The notes under the pieces: generated by a model
What the model was told of the DNA's origin: nothing
What the model saw: the letters and a program-made list of their open reading frames with translations, nothing else
Databases searched by the model: none
Origin: Carcharhinus longimanus
Taxonomy: Eukaryota
Length of the DNA: 64,000 nt
Assembly: GCA_030264375.1 (NCBI GenBank)
Contig: JASCQW010000130.1
Coordinates: 25,875,010 to 25,939,009, forward strand
Direction: 5' to 3'
Shown: positions 38,791-51,454 of the stretch, one piece after another
Layout of the letters: each line of letters starts with the position of its first letter
How positions within the stretch are numbered: the stretch's first letter is position 1
Program-made: the position numbers and the translations under genes

Positions 38791-38849
38791 CGCTTCACTA
38801 AACCCCAACAAGATATTAGTCTATTCCTTTCTCCTATTTTTCTAGCCTT

Positions 38850-39700
38850 CCCTTCAATGCATCTTCACGGTTCATCTCAGTTATTCCTTGTGGTAGCACA
38901 TTCCACATTCTAACCATTCTTACTCTTGGGGCAAAGTGCTTTTTCTCAAATTCCCTGTTTGATTCATTTGTGATAATCACATATTTCTGGCCATGAGCTC
39001 TGGTCTCCGTGCAAGTGGAAACAACTTATTTACGCCAACCTTATCAAACCTTTTCATAATCTAGAGGGAAGTATCCTGTGCCATTCAATTTTTCTTGGTA
39101 TGACTTCTCAGTTAATTTTTTTGCACTATCTTCAGTGCTTTTATATCCTTTTATAATATGGAGACCAAAACTATTTGTAGGACTTCAAATGTGACCTAAC
39201 CAAGGCGCAACAGAAGTTTAGCACAATCTCTTAGCTTTTTATTTTGATTTCTTCCAGCAATGTACCCCAGCCCTTTGTTTTTTTTATGACCTTGCATTGC
39301 TACCTTCAGTCATTTATGTATCTGTCCCATTCAAACACTAATCCAAAGTGTGTGTGGCATCCATATCACTCTTCTTGATATTGAAATTAACTCTCCTATT
39401 AAATGCCTGTCCTCTAAGTTTACAAATATCTTCTTGTATTTTGTAGTATTCTTCCTTTTGTATGAACTATATTCTCCAATTTGGTGTCATCCACAAAATT
39501 AAAAATTGTACTCCAGACTTCCAAGTCCAAGTTGTTAATTGAGTTGAGAATAGTGGTCCCAGCACCAAACCCTGTGAGACACCACTTGCCACCTTTCTTG
39601 CCAAACTGGATAATTCATGTTAACCCTTGCTGTCCACTTTGTCTTGTTGTTATCCATTTTTCTATCCCTGCGCTGACTTCATACGCCCTGATCTTAGTTA
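38850..39700 (-). mobile_element. Older degraded CR1 fragment
   Basis: Reverse-strand ttggtgtcatccacaaa (ADDTK-like), ggtcccagcaccaaaccctgtg (QGSVLGP-like) and ggagaccaaaact motifs. Confidence 0.65.
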
Positions 39701-40474
39701 TGATTCTACTGCATTCACCCTTTCTCTTATTGTCTGTGTATTAAGTATATATTGTTTCCATTGTTCCACACTTACCATCCTTTCCTTAATCGTCCATGGT
39801 CTTTATTTATCGACTCGTTGCCTCTTGTCTTTCTAGCAGAATATATTTCTCTTTAACTCCATTNNNNNNNNNNNNNNNNNNNNNNNNNNNNNNNNNNNNN
39901 NNNNNNNNNNNNNNNNNNNNNNNNNNNNNNNNNNNNNNNNNNNNNNNNNNNNNNNNNNNNNNNNNNNNNNNNNNNNNNNNGAATTTTCCTGTCTAAGTGT
40001 AAGGCTCAGACTGAAAACTGCCTTGTTGCTCTCCAGCTGCACAGCCCAGGTTTCACTCCAGATCTTCAGCCTCTCTCAGTAAAAAAATAAATGAGGTTTC
40101 TGTCATCACTCTGGCAGGGTGGAGCCCGAAAGAGCTGACAGGGCTGGCTCCACAGAGATTGGGGTGCCAACTTTAAAGTATAACTCCTCCTGCCATCACC
40201 ATGGAAGTATTACCCAACATTTCCCACCCCACCTCCTCGCACCTGTTCTTAGTGTGCCTACAAGTTCCTCCCTCATTTGTCAAAGAGTTTTGTTTAAAGT
40301 ATTTGTAGTGCCACATAGAATATGACTCGGTTGTCCTGATGTTTGGGCGCTGTTGTATTGGCATTCATGAAGTGCAGACCGGGCTCGCCTACCTTCAAGT
40401 AGTTCAATGTGGCCCAGTGAAAATGAGAAGGATATGATATAGGCCATGACACCAAAAGTACTGTTTTGTTTGTT

Positions 40475-40850
40475 GGTGTATGTGATGTGGGCGTTGCTGT
40501 CAAGGGCAGCAGCTATTGCTCATCCCTAATTGTCCTGGAGAAGATGGCCTTTTTGAATGGCTTTCTCAGCAGTTTCAGAGCACAGTTAAGGGTTAACCAC
40601 ATTGCTGACAGTCTGGAGTCACATATAGGCTAGACCAGGTAAGGATGGCTGATTTCCTTCTCTAAAGGACTTTGTGAACCAATTGAGTTTTTGCAACAAT
40701 CCAGTAGTTTCATGGTCATCATTACTGATTATTTCAAATCGACTTAATAGAATCTAAGTTCCCTGGCTACCATGGTACGATTTGAACTCATGTTCCCGGA
40801 TCATTGGTAGGCTTCTGGATTATAGCAACATAACTACAGCATTACCATAC
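40475..40850 (-). mobile_element. SINE family B
   Basis: tattgctcatccctaattg...accaggtaaggatggctgatttccttctctaaaggact..gtgaacc...gatttgaactc. Confidence 0.78.
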
Positions 40851-41019
40851 TTGAATGATATATGTATTTGAGTTATTTTTGCTCATTTGAACCTGATTTA
40901 ATATGTTTTGAATTGCATTTTTCTAAAGATATTCTAACCTGTTCTGTTTCTATGTGCATCTATGTGTGTCTTCTATTCCTGCCTGTCTATATGTGCCTGT
41001 CACTTTACCGTTACAATAG

Positions 41020-41088
41020 GAACTCGGTCTTGTTATCACAGGAACACTGCCCGTCTTCAACTTAACTAAAGATGCTAGTGGAAACCAG
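41020..41088 (+). CDS. CACNA2D1: CACNA2D1 coding exon (69 nt; ~exon 16)
   Basis: Splice sites caatag|GAA...CAG|gtatgt. Translates ELGLVITGTLPVFNLTKDASGNQ. Confidence 0.95.
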
Positions 41089-42277
41089 GTATGTTGTCCA
41101 GTGCAAGAGTTTAATACGTCATTCTTGGGCATATATTGTATTTATTGTGTATGAACTTTCAATTCAATCTTCGAAAATACTTGTAGTAATGATACTATAT
41201 TAAAACTATAATATTGTTATGAATTATACATAGCACTGTACTGGGAAATGGCAGTTCAATGAAAGAAGATAGAAATTCTCTAAATTACTGGAATAGATTT
41301 ATATCATTTGCCATTTGTAGCAAAAGTTTAAATATGTGCGTTGACCTATACAGTTTGAAAGATCAGCTTGGAACCTTTGAACTTTATGGGAGAAATTAAT
41401 GCTTCAAATGCAGTCTTGGTATTACAGATTTTATTATAGAAAATGATGCCCACAGGTAACACAGACAATGAAGGCTGTGGAGATCCCAGTGTTACAATCG
41501 TCGGGTTCTGGGCTGTGCATCTTCCTGGTCCTTACAATGGTCTCGATTTTTAATTTCATCTGAAAGGTTATTACAACATGCCTTCTCTGTGATGCTTGGG
41601 GCTAACATATAAAGAATGTCATGTCCGTTGCCGTAAGGAGGCTGCCCAGAAATGCATGTGAGAGATCCTCTTCATGCTGCATCATGGCTTGACTGCATTT
41701 CAGGATGCAGTAATGTTGCTCTTCTAAACTCCATGTTGCTCCCCTTCAGCCCCATCTTTTCCTACAACCTCAGTCCCTGGCCTGCAGCCATTTTCATCTC
41801 TTTCTACTGGAGTAACAGTGGAACACTGCCAAAATAGCTCCAGATTTCCATGTATCTATCCGCTCAGCATTTAATTGGTGGTAGGGACACTCACTGGGCT
41901 AATTTAATATCTTGCATCATCCAGATGCACCAGGGGTCACCAATAACATAATCAGTTGAGCAGTAGCACTTCCTGTGTGACAGTAAATATTGTTTAATGG
42001 TTGGCTTTTAAATATCTGGCATTGATTAGTGTTTACACATCTATGCTTAGGAAAGCTAATCTTATAAAGCATTTCTTCAGCGAACCCATGGTGAAATGGG
42101 TACAGTAATAATGAACTTACAAGCAAAAAGATATTGGAAAAATTAGAGTCGGTTATTTAATTAATGTTTGATCAAAAATAATGTTGAAATTAAAACCGAA
42201 GAAGGAATGGGAATGTAGAAAGTAACAATGATTTTCATTTTTCGCAACTTTAATGTAATAAAATGTCCCATTTCAAT

Positions 42278-42580
42278 AGTAAGAAGTCTCTAAACAACAG
42301 ATTAAAGTCAAACAGGTTTATTTGGTAGCACTGCTCCTTTGTCAGGTGAGTGGGTTTTCAGTTCACAAACAGGCGTATAAAGACACAAACTCAATTTACA
42401 AAATAATGATTGGAATGCGAGTCTTTACAGGTAATCAAGTCTCAAAGGTACAGACAATGTGAGTGGAGTGAGGGTTAGGCACAGGTTAAAGAGATATGTA
42501 TTGTCTCCAGCCAGGACGGAGGACTTGGCTGTGCGGGTCTTGGCTATTAGTCTTTGCTCAGCGACTCTGTGCTGTCGCGT
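42278..42580 (-). mobile_element. Internally deleted Penelope-like element (same family as 7150-7822)
   Basis: Near-identical to 7190-7345 and 7430-7475, plus the terminal repeat agtaagaagtctc... Confidence 0.85.
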
Positions 42581-42669
42581 GGGGATGTGTCCAGGGCAGT
42601 GGATAGAGGAGAGCCGGTGGATGTGGTCTTTCTTGATTTTCAGAAGGCGTTTGACAAGGTACCTCACAA
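42581..42669 (+). mobile_element. CR1 RT fragment before a gap
   Basis: AVDRGEPVDVVFLDFQKAFDKVPH. Confidence 0.88.
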
Positions 42670-43450
42670 NNNNNNNNNNNNNNNNNNNNNNNNNNNNNNN
42701 NNNNNNNNNNNNNNNNNNNNNNNNNNNNNNNNNNNNNNNNNNNNNNNNNNNNNNNNNNNNNNNNNNNNNNNNNNNNNNNNNNNNNNNNNNNNNNNNNNNN
42801 NNNNNNNNNNNNNNNNNNNNNNNNNNNNNNNNNNNNNNNNNNNNNNNNNNNNNNNNNNNNNNNNNNNNNNNNNNNNNNNNNNNNNNNNNNNNNNNNNNNN
42901 NNNNNNNNNNNNNNNNNNNNNNNNNNNNNNNNNNNNNNNNNNNNNNNNNNNNNNNNNNNNNNNNNNNNNNNNNNNNNNNNNNNNNNNNNNNNNNNNNNNN
43001 NNNNNNNNNNNNNNNNNNNNNNNNNNNNNNNNNNNNNNNNNNNNNNNNNNNNNNNNNNNNNNNNNNNNNNNNNNNNNNNNNNNNNNNNNNNNNNNNNNNN
43101 NNNNNNNNNNNNNNNNNNNNNNNNNNNNNNNNNNNNNNNNNNNNNNNNNNNNNNNNNNNNNNNNNNNNNNNNNNNNNNNNNNNNNNNNNNNNNNNNNNNN
43201 NNNNNNNNNNNNNNNNNNNNNNNNNNNNNNNNNNNNNNNNNNNNNNNNNNNNNNNNNNNNNNNNNNNNNNNNNNNNNNNNNNNNNNNNNNNNNNNNNNNN
43301 NNNNNNNNNNNNNNNNNNNNNNNNNNNNNNNNNNNNNNNNNNNNNNNNNNNNNNNNNNNNNNNNNNNNNNNNNNNNNNNNNNNNNNNNNNNNNNNNNNNN
43401 NNNNNNNNNNNNNNNNNNNNNNNNNNNNNNNNNNNNNNNNNNNNNNNNNN

Positions 43451-43706
43451 CTTACATTAACGCAGCAATGAAGTTATTGTGAAAATCCCCTAGTTGCCAC
43501 TCTCCGGCACCTGTTCGGGTACACTGAGGGACAATTTAGCATGGCCAATTCACCGAACTAGCACGCCTTTTGGACTGTGGGAGGAAACCAGAGCACCTGA
43601 AGGAAACCTATGCAGACATGGGGAGAACCTGCAGACTTCGCACTGACAGTGACTCAAGCTGGTGCTGTGAGGTAGCAGTGTTAATGACTGTGCCACCATG
43701 CTACCC
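43451..43706 (-). mobile_element. HE1/V-SINE-like, tail type 2
   Basis: cttacattaac...gtgaaaatcccctag...ttggactgtgggaggaaacc...tgtgccaccatgc. Confidence 0.85.
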
Positions 43707-43973
43707 TCAGTGCTATTGCTATGATATTAATGCCTGCTGTTCAGCGTAACAGTGCAATACTGGGTAGGCTTTAACAAAAGGAAGACTGCAGTTCCCAAGA
43801 TCTAGCATAGTTTTACTGAGTTAATGTTAATACTTGGTGGGAAAAAAGTCTCGCCTGGCTCCAATTCACCAGGCCAGCGGTTTTCCCAATAGTTTTACAC
43901 AAAGCAAATTTAAGATAAAACTATAATGCAAAAATGTACATTTTTGAAAGGTATTGTTTATTTTACTTCTCAG

Positions 43974-44048
43974 AATCAGTTGATTCTTGGAGTGATGGGC
44001 ATTGATGTGTCACTTGCGGATGTGCAGAGACTCACACCACGTTACACT
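43974..44048 (+). CDS. CACNA2D1: CACNA2D1 coding exon (75 nt; ~exon 17)
   Basis: Splice sites tctcag|AAT...ACT|gtaagt. Translates NQLILGVMGIDVSLADVQRLTPRYT. Confidence 0.97.
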
Positions 44049-44302
44049 GTAAGTATCAGCCAGAAATCCAATATGTTCATTTATTTTCACTGTGCGCACA
44101 GCACTCAGCCCTACTTCTCTGAATCCATAATTTCCACACAGCATATTATGGGGTCTTCTCCCTATGCCTGTGTTTACTCTGTCATGTACATCATATCTGT
44201 AACCTTTCCCTCAACATTCAGTGTAATAGTGTCCAAAGTGCACTATGACCTATGCTCGTGAAGGAAACATCTCTGCTTTATCTTCAGTGTTAGCTTATAT
44301 CA

Positions 44303-44568
44303 TGTGATAACCCCCAAGACTCGAATGGAGAATCACTGATTGACCTCCCTGTAGGAAGCATTGAATATAAGCTCGCTGGGGATTTGTAGTTAACTCACCA
44401 GGTGAAGCTTGTATATAAAGCAAGTCCCTGAGTGGGTCCATTATTCCATTGTCCTGGTTGGAGCTTGTTGTTTTCCTCACAAGCTTGCGGTTTTTGCTTT
44501 ACTTTATTTTATGCAATAAAGCACTGTTCCTTTACAGCCAATTCCTGGGGTTATTCAGCATCATTATA
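44303..44568 (+). mobile_element. Probable solo LTR
   Basis: Starts TGTGATAA, TATA-like gtatataaag at ~44411, AATAAA at ~44515, ends ...tcattata. No clear target-site duplication. Confidence 0.4.
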
Positions 44569-44893
44569 TTGTTTAATGATCAAACAAAATAGTTATCTCA
44601 ACATTAAAAAAAAAACACAGACTTGAGTTAAAAATTAAAGTCTTTCATGGATTTGCAGTTGATTTAGAGTTGGCCCATCCCCTTAAATGCTGAATTATTT
44701 TTAATCCCTTTGCTTTTAATGTGTAATTGTACGCAATTACTGTCACAGTGTTTCAGCATAAAGAGAATCTAAACTCTAAAGTGTGCCCCACCTGGAAACG
44801 TAAAATTATTCATGTTTGTAAGAAAAATCAAAAAATCATACATTAATGCTATTGCAATTAAATAAATTGGAGACCAGGCACACATTATATTGA

Positions 44894-45055
<162 letters not shown>

Positions 45056-45917
45056 TAGATTAAAAAATGTGCATTATAATGGTTAATGCATGGGGACCTA
45101 CTATCTTGAGCCATTAAAAAGAGACTTCTGTTGAAATCGTTAAAACTGGGTGTCCTAACAAGTGCCAAAATGCAGCATTCCAGCTACTTATTGATTTGGT
45201 TCCTTCGCCTCTGATTAGAGTGAAATCTTCACCACATCATCTGCAGTGAATTAATATCAGGATCTCTTTATAGTGTGACTATGATTGAGAGGTTTTGCTG
45301 GAACCACAAAATGTTGTAACACAAGAGCTGTCCAAATCAGAGTCATTAATTTTAACAAGACAGCAAGATTGGGCATTTTTGTTACATTTTGTGTACGTCT
45401 TTGAGGGGCCAGGGTGAGAGGGGGAGTTCATTCAATTTTATATAACAGTGAAAAAAATTTACTGAGAATCTAGGACCCTGTAGAGTATTTGAATTGAAAT
45501 AACTAGTATCCGGATCATAGTTTTGAAGGTATATGCATGTATCGATTGGTGAGCAGGAACAGAAGAATGAGCAAATCTGCCCATTCGCCTTAAATTGGTT
45601 CTTCCTATGTCAAATCACCTAAAAGCAGCAGCTGTACAATGACGCATTAAACTCGTTTGGTCCTGAGAGAAATTTTGGAAGCATGAGCAGTAATGTACTC
45701 GCGCTCCAATAAAATGACCAATACAGTAAGCTACATTAATTGAGTCTAATTGTATTGTGCAGCCATTATCAATACAACTCTTGCTTATTGGACGTCTTCC
45801 ATCCAATTTGATAAATTCATGCAATACTTGTTTATAATCAATTCTTATTTCCAGTGAACCTAAGAAAAAAGAGTGTTCTGCCACTGATGTGTTAGATATC
45901 ACTGCTAGACATTGATA

Positions 45918-46219
45918 TCACTGCTGCTTCACAATACCAAGGACCCGGGTGCAATTCCCACCTCGGGTGACTGCCTGTGTGGAATTTGCACATTCTCCCC
46001 ATCCCTGCATGGGTTTCCACTAAGTGTTCCAGTTTCTTCCCACGCTCCGAAGATGTGCGGGTTAGGTGGATTGGCCATGCTACATTGTCACTTACTGTAA
46101 GGGGGATTCACAGGATAAATACGTGGGATTACAAGGATAGGACTGGGTGGGATTATTGTCAGTGCAGGTTTGATGGGCCGAATGGCCTCTCCTGCACCGT
46201 AGGATTTGATGATTCAATG
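45918..46219 (+). mobile_element. HE1/V-SINE copy
   Basis: cactgctgcttcaca...ggacccgggt...gttaggtggattggccatgcta...gatgggccgaatggcctctcctgcaccgtaggatt. Confidence 0.85.
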
Positions 46220-48147
46220 ATATTAAATTAAACCTACCCTGTATACAAGACTATGTAAGAGTGTGAACTCTGCAAGTGATGGAGGTGAGGTATAGTGGTG
46301 TATGGAAGTTAAGCCAATTCTGAATTTGGTGAAAATTCACAATGGTGGGAGCAAAGGTTATCATTTTTGCTCTTTAAAAAAGACTTGTATTGGGCAGTAT
46401 TGAACATTGGTACGCCATTGTTATTTTGTTCGCTGTTTGAGCCTTAAGGCAAAGTGTCAAGAAAATTGAGTTTGGAAGTGGCACCGTTTACCGAACCTTT
46501 AACCAGGCCAGTTTACACAATCTTAATAAAATCCCCATGCTGATGAGTTTTTACAATTTTGCCAGTTTGTTTATGATGCTGCATGGCAGAGAGACTGCTA
46601 AAGGAATTCTCATCCGAGGATAAGGTACTCAGCAAAGGTAGCTGAAGCATTGGCTGCCTTTGGTTAACTAGTTGACTAACATTAGCTTGAGCTAACCAAA
46701 ATCATTTACTGACTTTTCAGAGCTTCAATCTTTTTTTTTACTAGAAACTGCTTCTTAGGCCTAAACTTATTAATATGATATCATACAATGAGGTGAGTGT
46801 GTGCGTGTGAGTGTGTTTAAAACAGAGTAGAACTGAACCTTTTCCTGATGGAGTTGTAGCAGTTAAGGATTGAAATTTACCAGGCCAGGTGATCATTCAC
46901 ATCACGTCAGTAACTAATAAATTCAAAATCCCACTTATTTGATTGAAATCAGACATTGGTACTTGGCCAGTAGGAAACCATTGACTCCACTTTCATTAAT
47001 TACACACATATCCATGGACTTGCACCAAAGGTTGGGGTGTTCTTGGGCCTGCCTCTCAGCTGGTATATTGAGTTTAACACTTCTTTACAGTGAGAGAACA
47101 TTGCTATCATATGGCAAGAGAATATATATTTTCCAAACCCCTCAGCCATCTACCCTGTGGAGGTGGGTGTTGCTTGTTTCTTGACATAGAATGTAGGTGA
47201 TTGTTTTCTAATGTCTCTGGCCATCTTATTCTTAAAATCTGTCTCTGCCTCCTTCAATGCCATCAATCACAGAATACATTTCCAAATCGTGTGCATCGTT
47301 TACATCCAGAATAAACCTTCGTTAAATGATCTTAATATTTCTTTCAAAGAAATCTGTCAAAGGCATTCCTGCTTGTCAAAAGAGCCATAAACATTTTTCA
47401 TTCCCAGTGAGACGAGCAGGCCTGTGTTCTTCCCACAACTGTCAGCAAGGACATATCGCCTCACGAATGCAATCTCCAATTATGATGCATCTTGTCAAGG
47501 CCTCAACTTAATTAAAGGACTGTTGTGCCCTTAAGCAGTATCTGTGCAAAGAAAGAGGCAGCAGTAAAAAAAAACTAAATATTACCATCCAGACTGATTT
47601 TATTAGAAGTAATTAACACCACAAAAATGGCAGGGACAGAGACTGCATCCTGCAATATTTTCTCTATTATTTCACTCTTTTGTCCCTGTGCATTAATTAT
47701 TTGGTGGCGGCAATAGGTCAGAACTCAGTTCCGGCATTTAAGTCTATGCAAGCTACAAGGATTGTTGCAGAGAAGCGATTAAATCGTTGCAGTACAATCC
47801 ATTTGGCCCTCAGCCTGTAGCACGACACTAATTTACCAGGAATTGGCAATCTGGGCAAGGGACAACATGGAAGAGGTGTTTAAAATTACAGCCAAGCTGC
47901 CGCGGTTGTAGCAAAGCTGCTATCCTGAGACATTCTCATTATTAACTTGATTCATTCAAAACTGCACTCCCTTATTTTCTGACCCTCTGAAATGGAAATC
48001 TTCAGAAACAGTTGATACATATTCCTCACCCAGCATTTGCAACAAATTATGCAACATGTAGAGTGTTTTCACAAACCAGTAGAAGTTGGAAACCCAAAGG
48101 TCCCCCCCTCAACTCATCACTCCGAGAGTTTCCTAATCTCTCAAGTT

Positions 48148-48610
48148 TCATAACATACAGGAGCAGCATTTGGTCATTCACCCATTGAGTCCTCTCTGCC
48201 ATTTGATCATGGCTGATATGCGCCTGAGCCTCATTTTCCTGCCTCCTTTACATAACCCTTCAACCCATTACTAATTCAAAATCTGTCTAACTCCTCCTTA
48301 AATTTGCTCATTATCCCAGCATCCACAGATTCACAACCCTTTCGAAGAAGTAGTTTCTTAGTTTCTCCTCAACTGTTTTAAATTTGCTATCCTTTATCCT
48401 AAGATTATGACCTCACAGTCTAGAATACTGCACAAGAGGAAGAATCCACTCCAAGTCTACTTTATCCATACCTTTTATCATCATGTAAATCTCAATTTGA
48501 TCTTCCCTCATTTTTCTAAATTCCAGAGAGTATTGGCCTAAACTGTTTGATCTCTCTTTTTACGACATTACCGCCGCCCCCATATCTCTGGAAACAATCT
48601 AGAGAGGTTC
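48148..48610 (-). mobile_element. CR1 3' end fragment
   Basis: cataacatacaggagcagca...gatcatggctgat...acagattcacaaccct; reverse-strand CR1 3' region. Confidence 0.75.
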
Positions 48611-51160
48611 TTGGAGCTGGGGTTAAAAGATTGGATGTCCCATTGTAGATCCCATTGTCCTGTTAGTGGTACAAGAGAAGGAGCTCCTGCTGAGGGAAAG
48701 CAGGAACATACAGATTAAGTTAAATTGTGAAGAGTTGCTATCTGGAAAGAATTGGAAGGAATGCCATAAGTTTCTGAAAGACCACATTTGTGATAAAAGT
48801 AAAGACTGAGGGAAATTTTAGTGACTAAAAGGAAGAGAAAGGAAGTGCCATGAAAAAAAGCAGAAAGAGAAAACACCCTGAGATAGAAAATAAACTTCAT
48901 GCAGTTTGTCACTTATAAAAACTGATTCATTCTGTGCTGCACCCCCTTATTTTCTGATTCTCTGAAATGGAAGCCTTCAAAAACAATTCATTCAAATTAT
49001 TTGAGCTGCAGAGAGATCTGTACTTAGTATAATTGTACGCATTTTATAGGCCTAAAATATGCACAATAACATTCAGTTTAATAGTGCAGAGGCCTGCACC
49101 TTATGTGCATGGTCATTCAAACTCCTGTTCGGTTGATTGGACCCTTACAATTAGCTGGACTGGTGACCAGCTGAAATGAGTACTGGTCTTATCTCAATAT
49201 TGCAATGAGGCTCCTGTGCTCTTTGCAGACCTAGATCACTAAGTTAGTTTGATTTTTTTTGGAGCATGCTATATGTACCCCTACCCCATGTGCCCCTCCT
49301 GCTGCACCTCACTCCACCGCCATCTTTGCTTGACCTAATCCCCAATTTGCCTGGCAGGGCTGACACCATGCTCAGGCAGGGGACAAGGCTAGCCCATAGC
49401 ACTTGGGATGTGCTGATCCTTGGTTTGCCTGAGATGGGGCAGAGTAAAGAATCAGGGTAGCCAGAGATTAAACCGAGGCTTTACCTGATGCAATTTTTTC
49501 AATGTCATTTGATGACCTTGAAGATGAGGCATTAGGTCGAGTCCAGGAGGGGGTGCAATACCTCAGCCTGTCAGCTTGGATCTTGTTTGATCAAGCCCAA
49601 GATGGGATGCATTGGATCTTGTTTACCCTTCGAGTGGGGACCATGATTGGACTTGATTTGAATTGACTTTATTGATTAGAAAGGAAAAAGAAAATTCTCC
49701 CCCACACGCAACCCTGTCTATAGATCTCCGTGATGGACATAGTTAAGATATCAACAGACGGTAGAGGAAGCGAAGGATTAGTCCCCATTATACCATTATT
49801 TTCAAAATTCATGGGTTTAATTTTGGGGAGCTCACCTCATCGTTGGCGAACAAATTTTAGATATTTGAAGAGGATTTTGTCTTCAAATTCTGACCATTGG
49901 CTGGCTAACTCGACAGTCATCCTTGTCACTTCCCCAGCAAGCTATAATTTCACCTGGTTTTCTGCCTTTATTTTACACAGCTCAGGTAGCCAATAAATCT
50001 TAGATAGTTGGCAATTTATAACACTTGTGTGGCCTCTAAAGTGTGGAATTGTTTTTCATCGGTCCACGCTTGCGACACTGTGGGTGCATCAGTATTGTAT
50101 TCCCTAAGTAACTGTTACCAGAGCAACAGAATCCTTCTCAGTCGCAACAAAAATTAAACTGTCAAAGCCACTTCTACTGCCACATTTATCCTACCTAAGC
50201 AGTGCCAGTTGTAAAACAACTCTCACCTCCAAACTCCCCTGTCAAGGCTGCCGTAGATTTCTCATATGTTTTAATACAGTGCGCAGATTAAAATGTATCA
50301 ATCTAAGCCCTAGACAGGCTGAACACAGCCTTGAATTTTTGTCAAAATGTTACAGATTTCAGGCTTTGCTTCCTTCTTTCGATCATTCAGGTTTCTTTGG
50401 CACCTTCTCCCATCCTCATTTTCATCCTTCTGTGTCAAGAGCACAAGCAAGGTGTTACAGAAAAACCATCTCATGGTGACCTTATTATAAAAACTCTCCA
50501 CAGTCAATAAATATCCTTTCAAACAATTACTGCAAAATATTCTCCATTAAAACATTAGAAATGGAATATTCTTGCAGGACCTGGTGATCCTGTTGATAAG
50601 TAAATTGAGCATCTTGGATATTGTGCCAATGCATAATACAGGCATCCATAATTTACAAGGTGGTAATAATTAGATTGGTTTGTTGCAAATACATTTTGCG
50701 TATGAAGCCCATTGCTGTTACCATGTGACCATTAAACAATGAAGTAATTTGAAATATGTCGGTAGTGACTATTACATTTTAGTTAGACATTTGCCAAATA
50801 TTTAGCAATTTGACAATTGCCAAGTATTTATTCATGTCCCCCTAAAGTCAAATAGATTTTTTATTTAAGCTGTGTTTTTACTATTTAAGCTGAAAACAAT
50901 TTGTGATAAATTAAAGTGCAGTTCAAATCGAGTTCAATGAGTACTACATTCAGACACTTCCAACATAGAATTTGAGCTGTTTCTGTCAGTGTAAACAAGA
51001 CCAAGTGCATTGTGCCAGAACAGCACATCCACTGAATATATTTATACCAAAGTTTAAAAGTTTATACAAGCAACTGATCTTAATCGACTGCACTGTGACA
51101 GGGTTTAAGACATGGCCCCATTGGTGATCTGCACAGTTAACAAAGGCCCCTACTTAAAGT

Positions 51161-51454
51161 TACAGTGATTAGCACTGCTGCCTCACAGCACCATGCATCC
51201 AGGTTCCAATCCTGTCTTGGGTCACTATCTGTGCGGAGGATGAACGTTCTCCCCGTGTCTGCATGGGTCTCCTCCAGGTGCTCCGGATTCCTCCCACTAG
51301 TCTGAAAGATGTGCTGGTTAGGTGCATTGACCATGCTAAATTCTCCCTCAGTGTACCTGAATAGGCGCCAGAGTGTGGCGACTAGGGGGTTTTCACAGTA
51401 ACTTCATTGCGGTGTTAATGTAAGCCTACATATGATACTAATAAATGAACTTTT
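51161..51454 (+). mobile_element. HE1/V-SINE-like, tail type 2
   Basis: ttagcactgctgcctcacagc...ctcagtgtacctgaataggcgccagagtgtggcgactagggg...actaataaatgaactttt. Confidence 0.87.

Noticed and set aside
42560-42669. Chimeric Penelope-CR1 fusion element
   Set aside because: The two parts are in opposite orientations and adjoin a large gap; nested insertion or misassembly is the simpler explanation.
42459-43471. Long ORFs of 200-330 aa in the track (also 9916-10773)
   Set aside because: They are mostly X from N gaps and are artefacts.
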